From Eledone cirrhosa (lineage: Eukaryota), in the NCBI GenBank assembly GCA_964016885.1, contig OZ024740.1, positions 330,026,001 to 330,090,000 on the forward strand: a stretch of 64,000 bases of DNA, given 5' to 3'. Every line of letters begins with the position of its first letter. The first letter of the stretch is position 1. Shown piece by piece: positions 27,311-42,229 of the stretch. The translations under genes were made by a program, and so were the position numbers. A model generated the notes under the pieces. That model was not told where the DNA came from. It saw only the letters and a program-made list of their open reading frames with translations, and searched no databases.

Positions 27311-28047
27311 TATATATATATATAAAATAATGTTATGAGTTATATAATTGACCAGCGGCGTTAGAGATTGTGGCTAACAAAGTATAAAATATAAATAAAT
27401 CCTCAGGAGATACAAAGATTTCAAGAAATAGGACAAGATAAGGAGTAAGAAAGGGAGGAGGAACAGGAACACACAATTTATATAGGAGTAAAACAGCCTG
27501 GAAGGGAAGAAGAGAGGTACAAATATAAAATAAATAAATAACAAAATAAAAATCTAACAGACTAACAGACAACAATATCGTGTAGACGTGTAGACTTACT
27601 TTACATAAGCTGATCACAGAGCAATGGCTCACCAGATGAAAATGAAGTGGCTATAAATTGGCAAGAAAGTGATGGTAGGATCAGAGGGGTTTGAGTTAGA
27701 GGGTGTACACATGTAGTCGTACGCACTAACTAATTTTCACCAAGTAATATGTATGTCGTGAAATTGACAATAGAAAAAGAGGAATAATAAAGAGAATGGT
27801 GAAATGAAAATAATAATAACATTTCCGATGAAAAAAATAGTCCTAATGCGAAATGAAAGAATGGAAACCGTAAAGAAAAAAATCTAGTAGTGAAAACGTT
27901 AGTCAAATACTGATTAAAAGGGTGAGAGATGACACTAGATGCAGTACGTAAACTTATAGTTGCACTAACTCACCTATGCGTCACACACACACAGACACAC
28001 ACACGCACACACACGCACACACGCACAACTATATGTATTCATACACA

Positions 28048-28102
<55 letters not shown>

Positions 28103-28889
28103 ATACTTTGGGAGGGTCATGTTGCCAATAAGAAACAGACGCACCAGTTTCTTTCACTCCAATTTATTATAAATTAAATTTATAAATGTAAGAATTTATA
28201 AATTTCTAGTTGGTTGGTTGGTTGGTTCCACAACCAGACGATTGTTTATATTGTCAAAGTTCTTACGTCAAACATTCCATGACCTCTTCAGTGAGTGGGG
28301 ATTCTGTTCTTTGTTTTTGTGCCTCTCCTTTCTTCTGTCCTACGCCATCTTGTTTTTTTTTTCTTTCTTTGTGTATATATCATATGAATATTTTGCCACT
28401 GATAACCTCGTTCTTTATTGACTAATAAGTCATATGTGTATATGGGCATGAAGATCAATATGTGTTATGTGTGGTATAGTACATTAATCATATGTACTTT
28501 TCTATATAATTAACAAAGTTTATATACATCAAATTCCAGGCATCATCCAGCAACAAATGCAAGTGTCGTCAAATTTGAAAATATCTTCTGTAATATAGAC
28601 ATTAAATTATTCCGCGATTACATTACCCAATGTATTACTAAACTAATGTCTACTACATCGGCTCTCATTCTTTCTCGGTTTCTTATTATGCGGGCATTTT
28701 CAAGTATTCCATCAATTATTAGGTTATATATTTTACATCAATTACACCTTTCTACTTTCTTTCATGTTTCGAAATTACTGCGCCTAATTTGAATTGTTGG
28801 TCTTTCAAACGCGCACACATTCTGAAGTCCGAGTGTTTTACCACATAGTAGTAATACCACCTGTTGTTTCATTAATTATGTTAAAGGTA

Positions 28890-29110
28890 GGGTGGAGGAT
28901 TGGCAGTATTGGTACAGAGTCGGACACCATGCTTTGCAGCATAGAGTTACGGCCCTTTATGATCTGAGTTCAAATCCCGCCGAGGTTAACTTTGCCTTTC
29001 ATCCTTACGGGATAAAATAAAGTACTAGCAACATACTGGGGCTGATTTAATCGACATTCCCCTTCCCAAAAATTGCTGGCCTTGTGCCTATATAAGAAAC
29101 CATTATTTGT
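28890..29110 (+). mobile_element. tRNA-derived SINE
   Basis: ggtggaggattggcagtattggta...tctgagttcaaatcccgccgaggttaactttgcctttcatcc. Confidence 0.85.
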
Positions 29111-30199
29111 GTTGAAAGTACATACTTGATGAAGCCGCAACAAAATGATATACAGTAACATTTACTTTAATCTTCTTCACGGTGGCTAATTATATTTGTT
29201 TTAATATCACATGTAAGAGACGGCCTCTCATTATCGATATTTGCAGGTGGAAAAAAGTTATTTTTTGCCTGATGTATATGGTAAGAATTATGAAATAATA
29301 TTTCTCTTCTGAATTATAAATGATGCTGAAAACATACGTGTTGATGCTATTGGTATGTTTTTAATGTTGATAGTTATTAAGCTAATGATCACCTGGGTGT
29401 GAAAGTGAAAATATTGGAAAAAAAAACTACTGAAACCTAACACACGCAAGCGAATCCATAATACGTTTACATACATATCTAAATATGCCAAATACGTAAT
29501 TTATTATTTTCTGTTTTTGTCGGGAAATTAAATTTCAACAAATTAATGAGAGGGGTGCATTGTGTCTTCGGTCTTCTATAATAAAAATAGTTGGTCAATC
29601 ACCTCTCCTTATATTAAATCCTTCGGGGTATATCCACATAACTTCTCGCACACACAAACAGACAAATGGCGACACTTACCCAAAATACAACTAATAGTGA
29701 AGCATCTTTCGAATATGTCGTTTGCGTTTACATAAAAAATAAAAAAAATATTCACTCATCAGGCTGAACCGTAAATTTGACGAAATGACGTTTTACACCA
29801 TTCTTGCTGTATTTGAAACCCTAATGGTTGACAGGAATGAACATTAATACTAAGCTAATTCCCTATAATAGACAAAGCAATGTAAGTTGCCCACTGATCA
29901 GTAATATGTACATACAAACCACGTCTCTATGGTTGTAAGTTATTGCAGATTAGTACCTGCAATTGTAGGTTACTAATTTCAATTATGTTAGGAAACAATT
30001 ACAGTTAAGAGTCGAAAATTATTTAGTTTAGATATAAATCTGCTAATGTTGCCGTAGTTGTAGGAAATAACATAAGATATAATAATTTTGCTATCAACAT
30101 CTGAATTATCCCAAATAACATGAGGGTGTTACCAATACAATATATCTATAGAGACGAAATTCGAAATGGCAGATGTATTTTTCAATATATCATGCAAAT

Positions 30200-30990
30200 T
30201 ACATCACACAATATACGAGATCTATTTCCTGATCAAACCACTTGCGGCTGTTCAGCTATTGACGCATCGTTTGACCCCATAAAAATAACCCATATTGCTA
30301 TTCCATTGACTTCCAGGTATGGGACTTACCATATGCCCTCATTTTGAACAGCATGGATTGAAAGGATCAATTTACATGAGACACACAATAAAGATAACGT
30401 AGTGTACACTGTAATAAGAGATCCATTTACAGAGACATTACTTCATGAAATAAATAACAAATACAGGAGACTCGTATCCTCTGGCAATCAGAATACGAAA
30501 GCACCATGCAAAGGGAATATTCATTACATTAAAGATAGCCATATATAATGACATAGCTGTGGTTCGTTGTCACGTTAATGTAGAAACACGTTCATTAGCC
30601 GAATATCTTATAAAATATCTTCAAATATTTACATAAATACCACAATTGTGAATCATCGAAGGTGATGCGATTAATACTCTCTGAGGGTGAATTCATGATG
30701 TAGTATAGCAATATTTGCTAGAATGATCCCAAATCAAAGTGTCGAATACTAGAATGTATCATGCAAGTCAAAACGCATTTAATTTTCAGGTTAGATGTTA
30801 ATTTGGAAAGATAAATGGATATATGTCACAGAAGGTAGTGTGACACGCGTAGTACTAGTAACTACATACACATTTCAGGGCGTAGATTGTTCTGAACATA
30901 AATGTCACGCAGATACGATGTCTGCTCTATTCATCCACGCCCAACTATTGTGATTTTGATAGGAAGACTACAATAAAGGAAGGATTAGCG
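30200..30990 (+). pseudogene. Highly degenerate Helitron Rep remnant
   Basis: 30568-30640 reads CHVNVETRS..IKY(L/F)KYLHK with a frameshift, matching Rep motif 3. Boundaries are uncertain. Confidence 0.45.
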
Positions 30991-31962
30991 GATCACTGAT
31001 CATTGTTCCAAAATAATATCTTGTCATCCCTAAAGATTCTGAACGCTTCAAACTTAAATACTGCTATGGAATGTGAAGGGTTCAATTAGATTTCAGTAGG
31101 TTAGGGTCGGTTCATGGTTTAGGAAGTGGTTTTTGAAGCGAATTTATGATATACACACACGTGTCATAATATGCCAATTCTCGTTCAGTTAGATGGAAGT
31201 TGGACTACACATCAAGAGGGGATGGTTCCAGGTTCCTGCATTTCTGCAAGAGTATCCAGGTGTGGAGGGGGGGGGGGGGGGGCATGAGTTTGTAGCTGAT
31301 TCAGGTGTTCAGGTTTGTGACGGATTAGTCTATAAATTGAAGTAACAGTATCGCAGTGTGTTCGCCGTCCTTTAAAATTGCTGGCTTTGTGCAAAATGTA
31401 GAAAAAATATTTATTCTGTATAGGTAAAGGCAATCAAAATTTTCATGTGACGTGCAAAGTTCGAATTGTATTCGATTAACATTTGATCCCAATTATTGCT
31501 ATCTATTGAAATATATACCTGACTAGAACAGTTATGAATGTTCAGTAGTTTATACATTACATATGTAATTATATAGAGGATAACAAAGCGACAGCATATA
31601 TGAAATTTGAACTGTTCTTAAACTGTTTTTATTTGAATATTTGCGCTCTAATTCTCTCACTCACTTACTCTGTCTCTATTGATGATTAATATCACGCCTG
31701 ATTCTAATGCCTGTCATTTAGACTAATAAAATCGTTTTCATTTAATTCAAATTTAATAATTTGCAATTTTTTCTTTTTTATGGCTAAGACAAACGTAGGC
31801 GTTTTCATATTGTAGCTCCTTATAATGAAGTTAAATTCTATTATATATCGATCACATTTGTAGAAAAATAAAAATATTGGTACGTTGAAAATATGTTAAT
31901 TGACATATTTTAATTACTATGTTACCCAAGTAACAATGTTGTATCCACTGCACCTAACATAA

Positions 31963-33367
31963 TATATATATTAATTTCAACAATGTCAGTATTCTGTGTG
32001 TCAACATTCTCAATTATCATTGGTTCATAGGTTTCAAACAACTCTGCCCACCTCAATGACGCCAAACTTGAATTAATATGCATAATACCAATGAGGGAGT
32101 TAGAGGGGAGAGTAAGAAACAGAGAGACAAAGTGAACGCTCTGTTGGATACAGTATGTGTATGTGTCAGTGTAGAGACATGTGTGTGATATGTTTGGAAA
32201 TAAGAGGGGAAGAAAGCAATAACTATTAACACGTGTGCGTGTGTATGTACCTGCGCGTATGTTTATGTGTGTGTGTGCGTGCAGCGTTCCACAGAAAGTA
32301 AAAACTATCAACATGTGTGAGTGTGTGCGTGTGTGTAAGTGCACGGGTGCGTGTGTAAGTTTGCGTGCGTGTGCGCGTTTTCGTGCGTGTATGTGTGTGT
32401 ACGTGCGGCGTTCCACAATCGCCACGCAGTTTATCTGTCTGTGTGCCTGTCTGTCAGTCTAAGATAAACAGAGTTGTGAAGGGAGTAAATAAGGACCTTT
32501 TTTTACATTGACGGACATATTTAATATTTATTATAAGGGCGGTGGATTGGCAGTATCGGTAGAGGGTCGGACGCCATGCTTTGTATCACTGTTACGTCCC
32601 TTTACGGACTGATTTCAAATCCCGCCGAGGTTAACTTTGCATTTCTTCCTTACGGGGTCGATAAAATAAAGTACCAGTAACACACTGGGATAATTGCTGG
32701 CCTTGTGCCAAAAAGTAGAAACAATTATTGTGACATTTGTTGACAATTGCTCGCAATGAATACTGATAATAAAAGCAATTCGACTTTATCAAGCAGTGGA
32801 CTACGGCGGGGATGACGTGCAGCCAGGAGTGAAGAAAAACGGGCCGAACAGCGCCATCGGAACGCCGAACTTCAGAGGCGAAGACGTGCCGCTATATATG
32901 AAGAGGAGCTGGCGGAACAACGCCAACGAAACACTGGAGCCAAACAGCGACGGCGTGCTGTGATAGTTCAAGACGAATTGGTTGAGCATCATCTTTTATA
33001 TTAATTATCTATATCTATATCTACATATAATATAAAAGATTGGAACTTCCATCATCCTTTTGAGAAACGTGGAACAACCACGTCTATGCAATGATACACG
33101 TTTTACAGTCAGGCAGAAGATGAACCATCTCCTAGAGGTCACTATTCAAGGTGGGAGCATCTAGAATTGTTCATATACTATGCACAAACTGTACAACGAA
33201 GAATCTTGTATATCTGGAAGGTTTTTCTTACTGTTTTTGGCATCACACAGACACCACTCACTCGCCTCCTACTGTAACCAGACAAAACATCCAATACAGT
33301 AATTTTCTCTTTAACCTGTCTTCTCTTATCATCTGTTTACCCTGGCGAAACAGGGTACGTCAGCTAG
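31963..33367 (+). mobile_element. Non-autonomous, internally deleted Helitron
   Basis: 5' region is homologous to 33370 and 49600. It retains the charged N-terminal repeat coding (EEKRAEQRHRNAELQRRRR) and ends in hairpin accctggcgaaacagggt plus CTAG (33364-33367). Confidence 0.8.
32538..32730 (+). mobile_element. tRNA-derived SINE nested in the Helitron
   Basis: A-box-like tggcagtatcggt, B-box-like gatttcaaatccc, and the conserved ggggtcgataaaataaagtacc body. Confidence 0.85.
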
Positions 33368-33785
33368 TATCTATATATTAATTTCAACAATGTCATTAAT
33401 CCGTCTGTCATAATACTCGATTATCATTGGTTCATAGGTTTCAAACGACTCCGCCCATCTCAACTACGTTAAATTTAAATTAATATGCATAATGCGAATG
33501 AGGGAGTAACAGGGGATAGTGAGAAACAGAGAGGCAAAGTGAACGCTGTAACTATTACCATGTGTGCGTGTGTATGTACGTGCGCGTATGTTTACGTGTG
33601 TGTGCGTGCGTGCAGCGTTCCACAGAACGTAAAAGCAATACGACTTTATCAAACAGTGAACTACAGCGACGACGTCGTGCAGCCAGGAATGAAGAAAAAC
33701 AGGCCGAACAGCGCCATCGGAACGCCGAACTTCAGAGGCGATGATGTGCCGCACTGGCATCAGCAGATCGCCAGAATCCAGATGG

Positions 33786-36761
33786 CCACACAGCAAAGTG
33801 GGAGTAATTCCACTGGTGGCCACAGGGAGAGCAATCTTACTCTGAGCTCTGACTGCCGAACAACATAGTGTTGAAACAGAATGTCTTTCCGGTGCCTCCT
33901 GGAGCATCTATGAAAGCACAAAGTTGCTCATTAGTAGAAATCGAGTGGAGAACGCCATCAACCAATTCTCTCTGAGATTGGGTTAACATTGGCATACGTT
34001 CATCCACAATACGTTGCTGTTTCAGTCGAACAAAATGGAATAGTTCCATCCGATCGAGTGGCAACCGTCTAAGCTGCAATCTCATGTTCAATGCTAAGAC
34101 ACATTGCCGCATTTCTTCATCAGGAATTGGCAAACTGAAATCTGTTAAACATTTGAAATGAACTTCAAGCAATTGCTCAATATTGAGCAAAAAAATAGCT
34201 TTCATCAGATTTTCATCATCGACATGAAGATGATGCCAAAAGTCATCAGCCATAATTCCCCAATAGCGTTCAAATAACTCTCTTGGATCGGCAGGATTGG
34301 AGAACCCTAGAATCGTGACAAACAACTGTGTTATTTGAGCAGGCATCTCTGTTGTTCCTGCAGCTTCCATGGCGTTATTCCATTCAGCGTCATCCTGAAG
34401 GAGTCCCAGAGGCTGACACACAGCCTGGTATGTTTCACATTCCATGCCATTGATTGTTTTCAAATCAGCGAAGCTCAGTTTACCTATCGAAAAATCATTA
34501 TGCAACAGAATTCGGAGATAAAACACATCATCAGATGCTGGATGGACATTACAAACCAATCCAATAGTCATGAATCTCAAATTTTGTTTTCTATCATTCC
34601 ATTTCTTTCCCTTCTTATCCCACGTATAGTGGGAAGGGAAATCGCAGCAGAGCTGCCTTTGATCCGGGTTCAAAGCATCTTCCCTATTATTCTTGAACCA
34701 CTCAGTCAATTCCGTCTTAGGAGGTGGTGCGTTAGCAATTCTTTCGACACCTCTTCTAGTGTCTTTAAAACAGACCAATTGCCTATTCTCTAAGTGAACC
34801 GTCAGTTTCTGAACGCTGGGTTTGCGTTTATTGAGATCAAAATCGAACAATCCCCAGCAAGCTTCGCTAGATCCAATCGAGCGAACATCCTGGAACCTGG
34901 CAACTTCATCTCCTTGGTTCGCTTCCTTATTCCTGATCATTGACCGGTCATGACCTTTGTAAACATATTTGAATAGAAATCTACAAGCCTTCACTGAGCT
35001 ACAAATTTCCACATTAATATGACAACGACATTTCATAATCAAACATGGATTGATTGGCAAACCCAATGATTTGTAATCTGTCGACCGTTTACATTTTCGA
35101 CCAAACCGCCATCTGCAGGCGACCGTCTTCTGTATGAGGGATGAACATCCCCATCGTTCCAGGAAGTGTTCGTGAGAAAAGATTTCGGAAAGTGCTTACT
35201 GCATTGGCCATTTTTCATGCAAGGCGCTCTCCGATTTACCACTCCGCATTGGTTGTGCACCATTGACTTTACCACAAAGTTGCGTAGTGCCTCATTCTCC
35301 GGCAGTTCAGCACACATAATTCTGTCGTCATCCTCAGCACATTTCAATTTGAAATCTCTATGTAAAATGATCAGCAAATGTGCATGTGGCAATCCTCTTT
35401 TTTTGAATTCAATTACGTATGTAAAAGCAACTATACCTCCAAAGATTCCCTCTTTTTCCACATCATCCATTATCTTTTTCAGATATCATTTGAATACTCT
35501 TGCCACAATATCAGGACGGTCCTTTGGCTGTCGTCCTGGCAAAAGTGCATCCTTAATATCAGTCCATTCAGGATTGCATGTAACCGTTATAAACAAATCT
35601 GGGTTTCCAAACTTTCTGACAATAGCCATTGTATCCTGATAGCGAATGTTCATATATCTCGGGCCACCGATGAACGACGACGATGGCAAAATGATGCGTC
35701 GACCAATTTGATTGTAATTGGCATCATCGGCTGTTATCGCATCCTGTATATTATTATACAATACAGCTCTGATGTGTTGCTGATCTGTAGCTATATAATT
35801 CAGCCTTTGATTTTCGATCTTTGCGAAAGCCATACAACAGTATTCCTGGAACAATCTGCTGGCTTTAAATAGCGCATTTCTCTGTGTCTATTGTCTCTAT
35901 TGCCACCTACCTGTTGATGCTGATTCTCATGATCATCTAAATGAACAAACATGTTCCATCCATTTTCACCTTTTGGGAATAAAATAACATAATGCAATGG
36001 ATTGCATGCCCTATTTGACTCATTGATAGTCTTGAGACCAATCATCTCTGCGATTGAGGAAGATATCTCTCGATCCAGGCTTATCGTCCATCAATACAGC
36101 AACTTCACGAAATCCTTCAGCGGCATTATATCGCCGTTCGTGTTGATTCCTTGGCACTGCGTCAGCCTTAATCACCAATGTTTGCGGCTGAACATTTTGC
36201 TGTTCAGCCACTAACATGAAATCCATAACATAAGGATTACACTGTCTAAACCATGATTGCAAATGACTGATCAAATCACTTAACCTTTGCCGTTCAAGTT
36301 CAGTTATATTTCCCGTCAATTTCATCCAACCGATCCTGATATCCTCCTCCGATTCACTATAATCTGGATCGTTAACGTAACTTTGAGCGAATCGCGGCCT
36401 CTCTCCTGGGGTAACTTCTAAATTACCGATACAATGATACAAACGGCCTTGAATGACTACATTCGGTTGCCATGCTCCACTCTCAAACATCTCACTAACG
36501 CTCTGCGATTCTAAAACTAATGAATTGTTAATTTGCAGCGAATATTTGCGCACTAATCTAGCTCGGTCTCCTTGATCACCCCACATACTTAGTATTTTAA
36601 ACTCTGGTGACTCCTCAACATCCGGCATTCGCAAGGGTTCTAGTTAAACTGCTCCTTTATGACAGCACATTGTGGTCCACGTCTTTTCGTGCCTCCAAAG
36701 CAATGATCCACAATGTGGACACTCTGCTCGTCCACCAATCTGAAAATGACACGGTTGCCAT
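33786..36761 (-). pseudogene. Helitron RepHel: Zn finger, HUH Rep and helicase motif I (inverted segment)
   Basis: CPHCG..CCHKG, FITVTCNPEW, YVIEFKKRGLPHAHLLI, FLFKYVYKGHDR and DAPGGTGKTF, split by frameshifts. Confidence 0.92.
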
Positions 36762-37715
36762 TCGGTGGTAAGACTATCGTTCTTGGTGTCGATTTCAGAC
36801 AGGTGTTACCAATTGTTAGGAATTCTCAAAGAGCGCAAATTGTTGATGCATGTCTGAAAAAGTCCCCGTTGTTGCGCCATTTCAGAGTTTTGCGATTACA
36901 CGGTAATATGCGACTTCGTATGTTCGGGCAAAACGAAGAGGTTGATGCAGTTAGGAAAGGATTAATTGCCACACGTTGGTTATAATCAGACTGTAAGAAT
37001 CCCAGACCATTTGGTCATGCCAGTGGACCGCCAAGCATTGATTGGCAAGGTGTTCCCTAATTTGAATGCTTTTTGGCAGAATATCTCCAGGATATCGGAA
37101 CGCGTTATTCTAACTCATACGAATGCAACGGTCGATGATATAAATTCACAAGTAACCGGAATGTTTCCTGGAGAGGAATGGTTGACTGTCAGTGTGGATG
37201 CAATGGAGCCTAATCAGCAGAACAATATGGATGTTCCGACTGAGTATCTGAATTCACTTCAAATACCCGGATTTCTCCCACATATTTTGAGGTTGAAAAA
37301 GGTTATGCCGATTATATTGCTAAGAGATATCAATAGTAAAATGGCTCTTTACAATGGTACCAGATTGATTGTTGAGAGATTCATTAACGGAAGAGTTTTA
37401 GAAGCTAAACTTCCAGGCAGAGACGAATCAGTTCTCATTGCGAGGATCATGCTGAGACCAAGTGAAGATTTACTGCCATTCATTTGGCAAAGGAGACATT
37501 TTCCCGTCAATTTGTCCTTCTCCATGATTGTCAACAAGGCACAGGGACAGACTTTCAAGCAGGTCCGTGTCTACTCGAATGATCTAGCATTCAACCATGG
37601 GCAACTGTATGTTGCTGCATTTCGAGTGTGCGATCCTGATGGTATAAAATTTGCAATTGATACCACTAACAGAGGAACAACCCTGAATATTGTCTATAAT
37701 GAAGCTTTGAGCTGA
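36759..37715 (+). pseudogene. Helitron PIF1-like helicase, C-terminal part
   Basis: [36 protein letters not shown] and HGQLYVAAFRV. Confidence 0.92.
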
Positions 37716-38948
37716 TGTCTGCATATCTTTAATGCTATCAATAAGCGACGTAAATGATTCCCACATTGGTGTCCCTTGATAAGTATTGTGAACTTTGACA
37801 GAGTTACCATTTATGTTCAATGTCATTTAATGTCGTTATTAGCAATACAAACAAACAAGTATTGGTAAAAATTGCTTTCACTGCTATGTTGCGCAATAAA
37901 TACCAACAAGTATTGGTAGAAATTGCCTTCACTGCTATGGATATTTGACGTAAATGAATCAGACATTGGTGTCCTTTGATCATTATTGTGAGCTTTGACA
38001 GAGTTATTTTTTCTGTTCAATGTCGTTTATTATCAATAATGAGCAATAAAAACCAACAAGTATTGGTAGAAATTGCCTTAAAATGTATCGCTTCTGATAG
38101 CGGTGGTAATATAACCTCATCATATGCTCAGTGTGGCAAAAGCTTTGGTGCCTATGGCCGGCCAGGGCTAGAGTAATATTGAAAAACGATTCTATTTTCG
38201 AAGTAGAAGGATCCGCCATTTGGAGTTCAAACCAGGCCACCTCCCCGAGTTTAACTCTGGGCTATAGTGACTGTCTATTACTCAGTGGTTAAGAGCCTGA
38301 ACATTACTGAATACATTTTTGTGTCATATAATTTGTTGTTTTATTATTATAGCTCACACTCATAGATAAGCATATTATCCATATCCATATTAATTTGGCA
38401 TTTGTATAAACCATTCCAAGTAAATATGGACCTTTTTTACATTGACGACATATTTTATATTAATTATCTATATCTATATCTACATATATTATAAAAGATT
38501 GAAACATCCATCATCCTATTGAGAAACGTGGAACAACCACGTCTATGCAATGAGACACGTTTTACAGTCAGGCAGAAGATGAACCATCTCCTAGAGGTCA
38601 TTTTCTCTTTTACCTGTCTTCTCCTATCATCTGTTTATCAGGGCGAAGCTGGGTACATCAGCTGGTAACAATAATGTTAATATAATTATAAAAACAAATT
38701 CTTTATAAGCCTATAGGGCCGAGAGATGTAATTGTCATAACACAAGAAGAAGACAAAAGAGTTTTATCATTACCGTATCGGTCATAGACCTCTCCGCTGT
38801 TTGTCAATGCTGTTTACAATACGACTTCTAAGGTTACCGAGGTTAATTTGCCTTTCATACCGTAGGGTGTCAAAAAGAGAAAGGAAATTATAAGAGTCGT
38901 TTCTTTATCTATCGCCTTTAACTATCTCTTTAATCCTTGTATCTCACC

Positions 38949-39016
<68 letters not shown>

Positions 39017-42000
39017 CACTCGGTCACTCGGTTCTTGTGCACTCACCCTGAAAATGATAGAATGATACGTTAGATGCGCCTGGGTGGTTCCCTTGTTTCT
39101 GAAAGGGGATGGTTAGTTCTTGACTTAATGAAATACATCACAAAGAACTCTGAAGAGGCAATCACTCACTAAAACAGATAATCATGATAATATTAAATCT
39201 TAGAACTAGTCAAGACATTGGTGAAGTAAACGAATCGTGAAAGTACCAGGCAAAGTTATGTCTACACCCAGTCATGTCTACTTCCTGAGATGCCATCTGA
39301 AGTGAGGAAAGGTAATAACACATGTGCTAATTAAGTATAGTGGTGGAGTTCCTAATGCAGAAGACTATCTAATCCTGATTAGCTCTAGGGCTGGTGGAAA
39401 GTGAATATGTTGTATACTAGTCTGGGCTAACAGAATGCATTTTAATACAACACGCAATATCACCCGTGTCTACTACTTTCTTCAAGATCAAATCAATTTC
39501 TAATGATTTTCATCTGAAATATTTTTACACCTGCTACAATATCACGCCAAATATGTTTTTGCAACAGCGTATTCTTTTATTTAATATTAATGGAAGATGT
39601 ATGTTGTTGAATCAGAAATGTTTGTATTAATCAAATACAATCTAAAGCATGAAAATTAAATTTTGAACGCAGTCTCGCTGAATGATAAAGGCGATTTTGC
39701 TTTCTATTATATTATCTCAACATTCGCCTTTTAATTGATGTCGTAATTCAATTTGAAGCTAAATGAAATCATTATTCATCAAATAAACGTACAACAAGCT
39801 CGTATTCATTTTTTTATTAATTTATTTATAGTATGTGCATTACGAAATTTATTCTAGTTACGCAAAAACTAATTTTATAAATAATTTTCCTGTTGTATTC
39901 CGTTAAAGCACATGAAACATTGAATATTAACGTAGTATTTCACATTTTAACATGTACGTCTACTTAGGGTCAATAAAGGGGTTAACGAATCAGTTACAAA
40001 CATAGATTGAAATGTAATGCATTTTACATACATAATTATTATAAACTGATGTATTGCAACAATGTTTAACATAACAGAACGGTGACTTTCCTTCTAGATG
40101 TTTCTTTAAATTTCCTTTTAACCCAGACAAACTTCGGGGAACATAAAATGTTTCGCTTCGCAGTAAGCATGGTGAAAGGAAATTGTTGAAAAGGGAACGT
40201 ACATGCATTTTACTATAAAAGGTATGCATTTTACACAAAAATATATGTATATTGGGTATTTCTTTATTTAGGGTAGTGTAACACACTATCCTAAATTTAA
40301 TACTGGCTTGTATGTGATGTCTAAAATAATTTAAGTATTTTGGAAGCACTTCAAATATATACATTTTTATTTTTACATATTTTTGAAGTATAATGTTATT
40401 ATATCCATGGTGCAACTAGCCGTATATTTGGGCACACTTCTCGGCCCATACTTACTATCTCTGAAAATGCAGTGTAACCTATAACTTGATCTATTTTCTT
40501 ACGATTAAAACTCGTACAATATATTTTGATTATTATTCCAGCTCCGAATAAAAGAAAAATTGAAATGTTAAAGGAAATATACCAAGATTCAATGAAATGC
40601 ATGGACATTCCTCAAAGATAATTATATCAAAGCTGAATGGGTTAGTAAACACAGCAATATATTATAGTATTTTCTCTGAAACCTTAAAATCACACACTTC
40701 ATTTCTATAGATATAACATTGATATAGAGGTTTAACGCAGTTAATTACAAATTACTACCTCATCAGTTTATAGTTTGAATCACACATCAATAGTGGATCA
40801 TTCTGCATCGCCACAATCGACATCTTATCGCTTTATATTTCTATCACGATGTGGAATGAAACATGCATATTTGAGCAGCTGTTACTTGCGCATAACTGCT
40901 TCAAATTTCTATTATCTATTCTGTTACATGCGAGACGACAACAGCTGCTTCAGTATATTTGGCAGATATGTAATCCTCTATAATAACTTATGTGTTGAAA
41001 CATAAGTTTAAAAGAAAAAAAAAACCGTCTATTTTATTTGCAGTAATGTAGATTTTGAAGAGTAGTTAATGCGTAGAAAACAGCATAATAATTAAAATAT
41101 ATTTATAATTTATCTTGTGGGATGAAATGTTGAAATTGGACAAATGGTTTGATGTATGAGCAAAGTGTATGGGGCAGATTTATTGCATCTCATGGTTTAT
41201 TATAACACTCTTATCTTTTGGATACATTAGGTGAAGTACAATATGTTGCAAATCTGCAGATCTGGGATTTTGTCATATATCATATTCTTTGTAGACGCAA
41301 TTGTCAATTAATGATACTTTTCCATTTCTTTCTGCTAAAATTTGTGCTCTCTTCTCAACTTCATATAGTGATTGTGCGGCGTACCTATGACCGTTAAAAG
41401 AGGATATGTAATGGGAGAGTTCTTGTTTTGTTTATTATACATCCTAAATCTATTCTATGAAAGATTTCTACGTATCTCAGGAAGTTTGTATAGAGTTTGT
41501 GGCTCGTGGTTTATTTAGGAATTGCTCGCATCTCATAGTATATCAAACACTATCGGTTCCTGAGGGAATTATGTTTTTCATTTGTTGAAGAATCTCATTT
41601 TGATTTTGTTATTTGTTATATATATTAAAGACAAATAGCCATATTTGCCTGAAAGTTTTAAAATTTATATAAAAGTTATTTTCAGTATTATCAAGCCCGT
41701 TATTCTTTAAGGATTAAAACTAGAAAACATTTTAAGCAAATGATTTTCTGCTTTATCTTGAAATGAGCAGTAACACAACAATATATGAAAATATTATAAT
41801 GAATCCATTAGCAGCATGAAATAGTCTAATCTACCGTTTAGCTCTAACTATTACTTATCTGCAAACGAAGATAAGTGATATATAACCAATTTCTGAATCA
41901 ATGACCTCAAAACCACAAATTCTCCGAGCACTGCACACAAGTACTATAATAATCTATCACATTAGCCATAATTTATCTATAACCAGCGAAGCGAGTATAT

Positions 42001-42229
42001 AAAAATTTAAAACAAATATAATAACCAAAATGTATTTAACATTAGTAATATTAATACCAATAAATGTCTAATTATGACACCATATTATGGATTAACATGC
42101 GATATTATAATAACTAGGGGAAAAGCCGCCCTCGTGCGGTTTTCTGCTAGCATATGTAGTGTGGATATTGGGATTATACACAAAGATATATGCATATAGA
42201 TATATGTGAATTGAAAAGTAAATTGACAA

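Larger units (their letters stand above)
33370..38665 (+). mobile_element. Helitron copy 1, decayed, with internal inversion 33786-36761
   Basis: 5' TC at 33370. 3' hairpin gggcgaagctgggt plus CTGG. Contains RepHel segments on both strands. Confidence 0.9.

Noticed and set aside
28270-28300. Partial hammerhead-like strings here (minus: ctgaagaggtca..tgacgtaa) and at about 38770-38800
   Set aside because: Core nucleotides and helix I are too degenerate to call.
34335-35872. Long plus-strand ORFs opposite RepHel (also 46537-47963, and 53351-53971 opposite the RTE)
   Set aside because: Antisense shadows of transposon coding sequence.
42115-42150. Isolated hairpin plus CTAG (also about 59974-59997)
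   Set aside because: Helitron-like ends, but no matching 5' end or body was identified.
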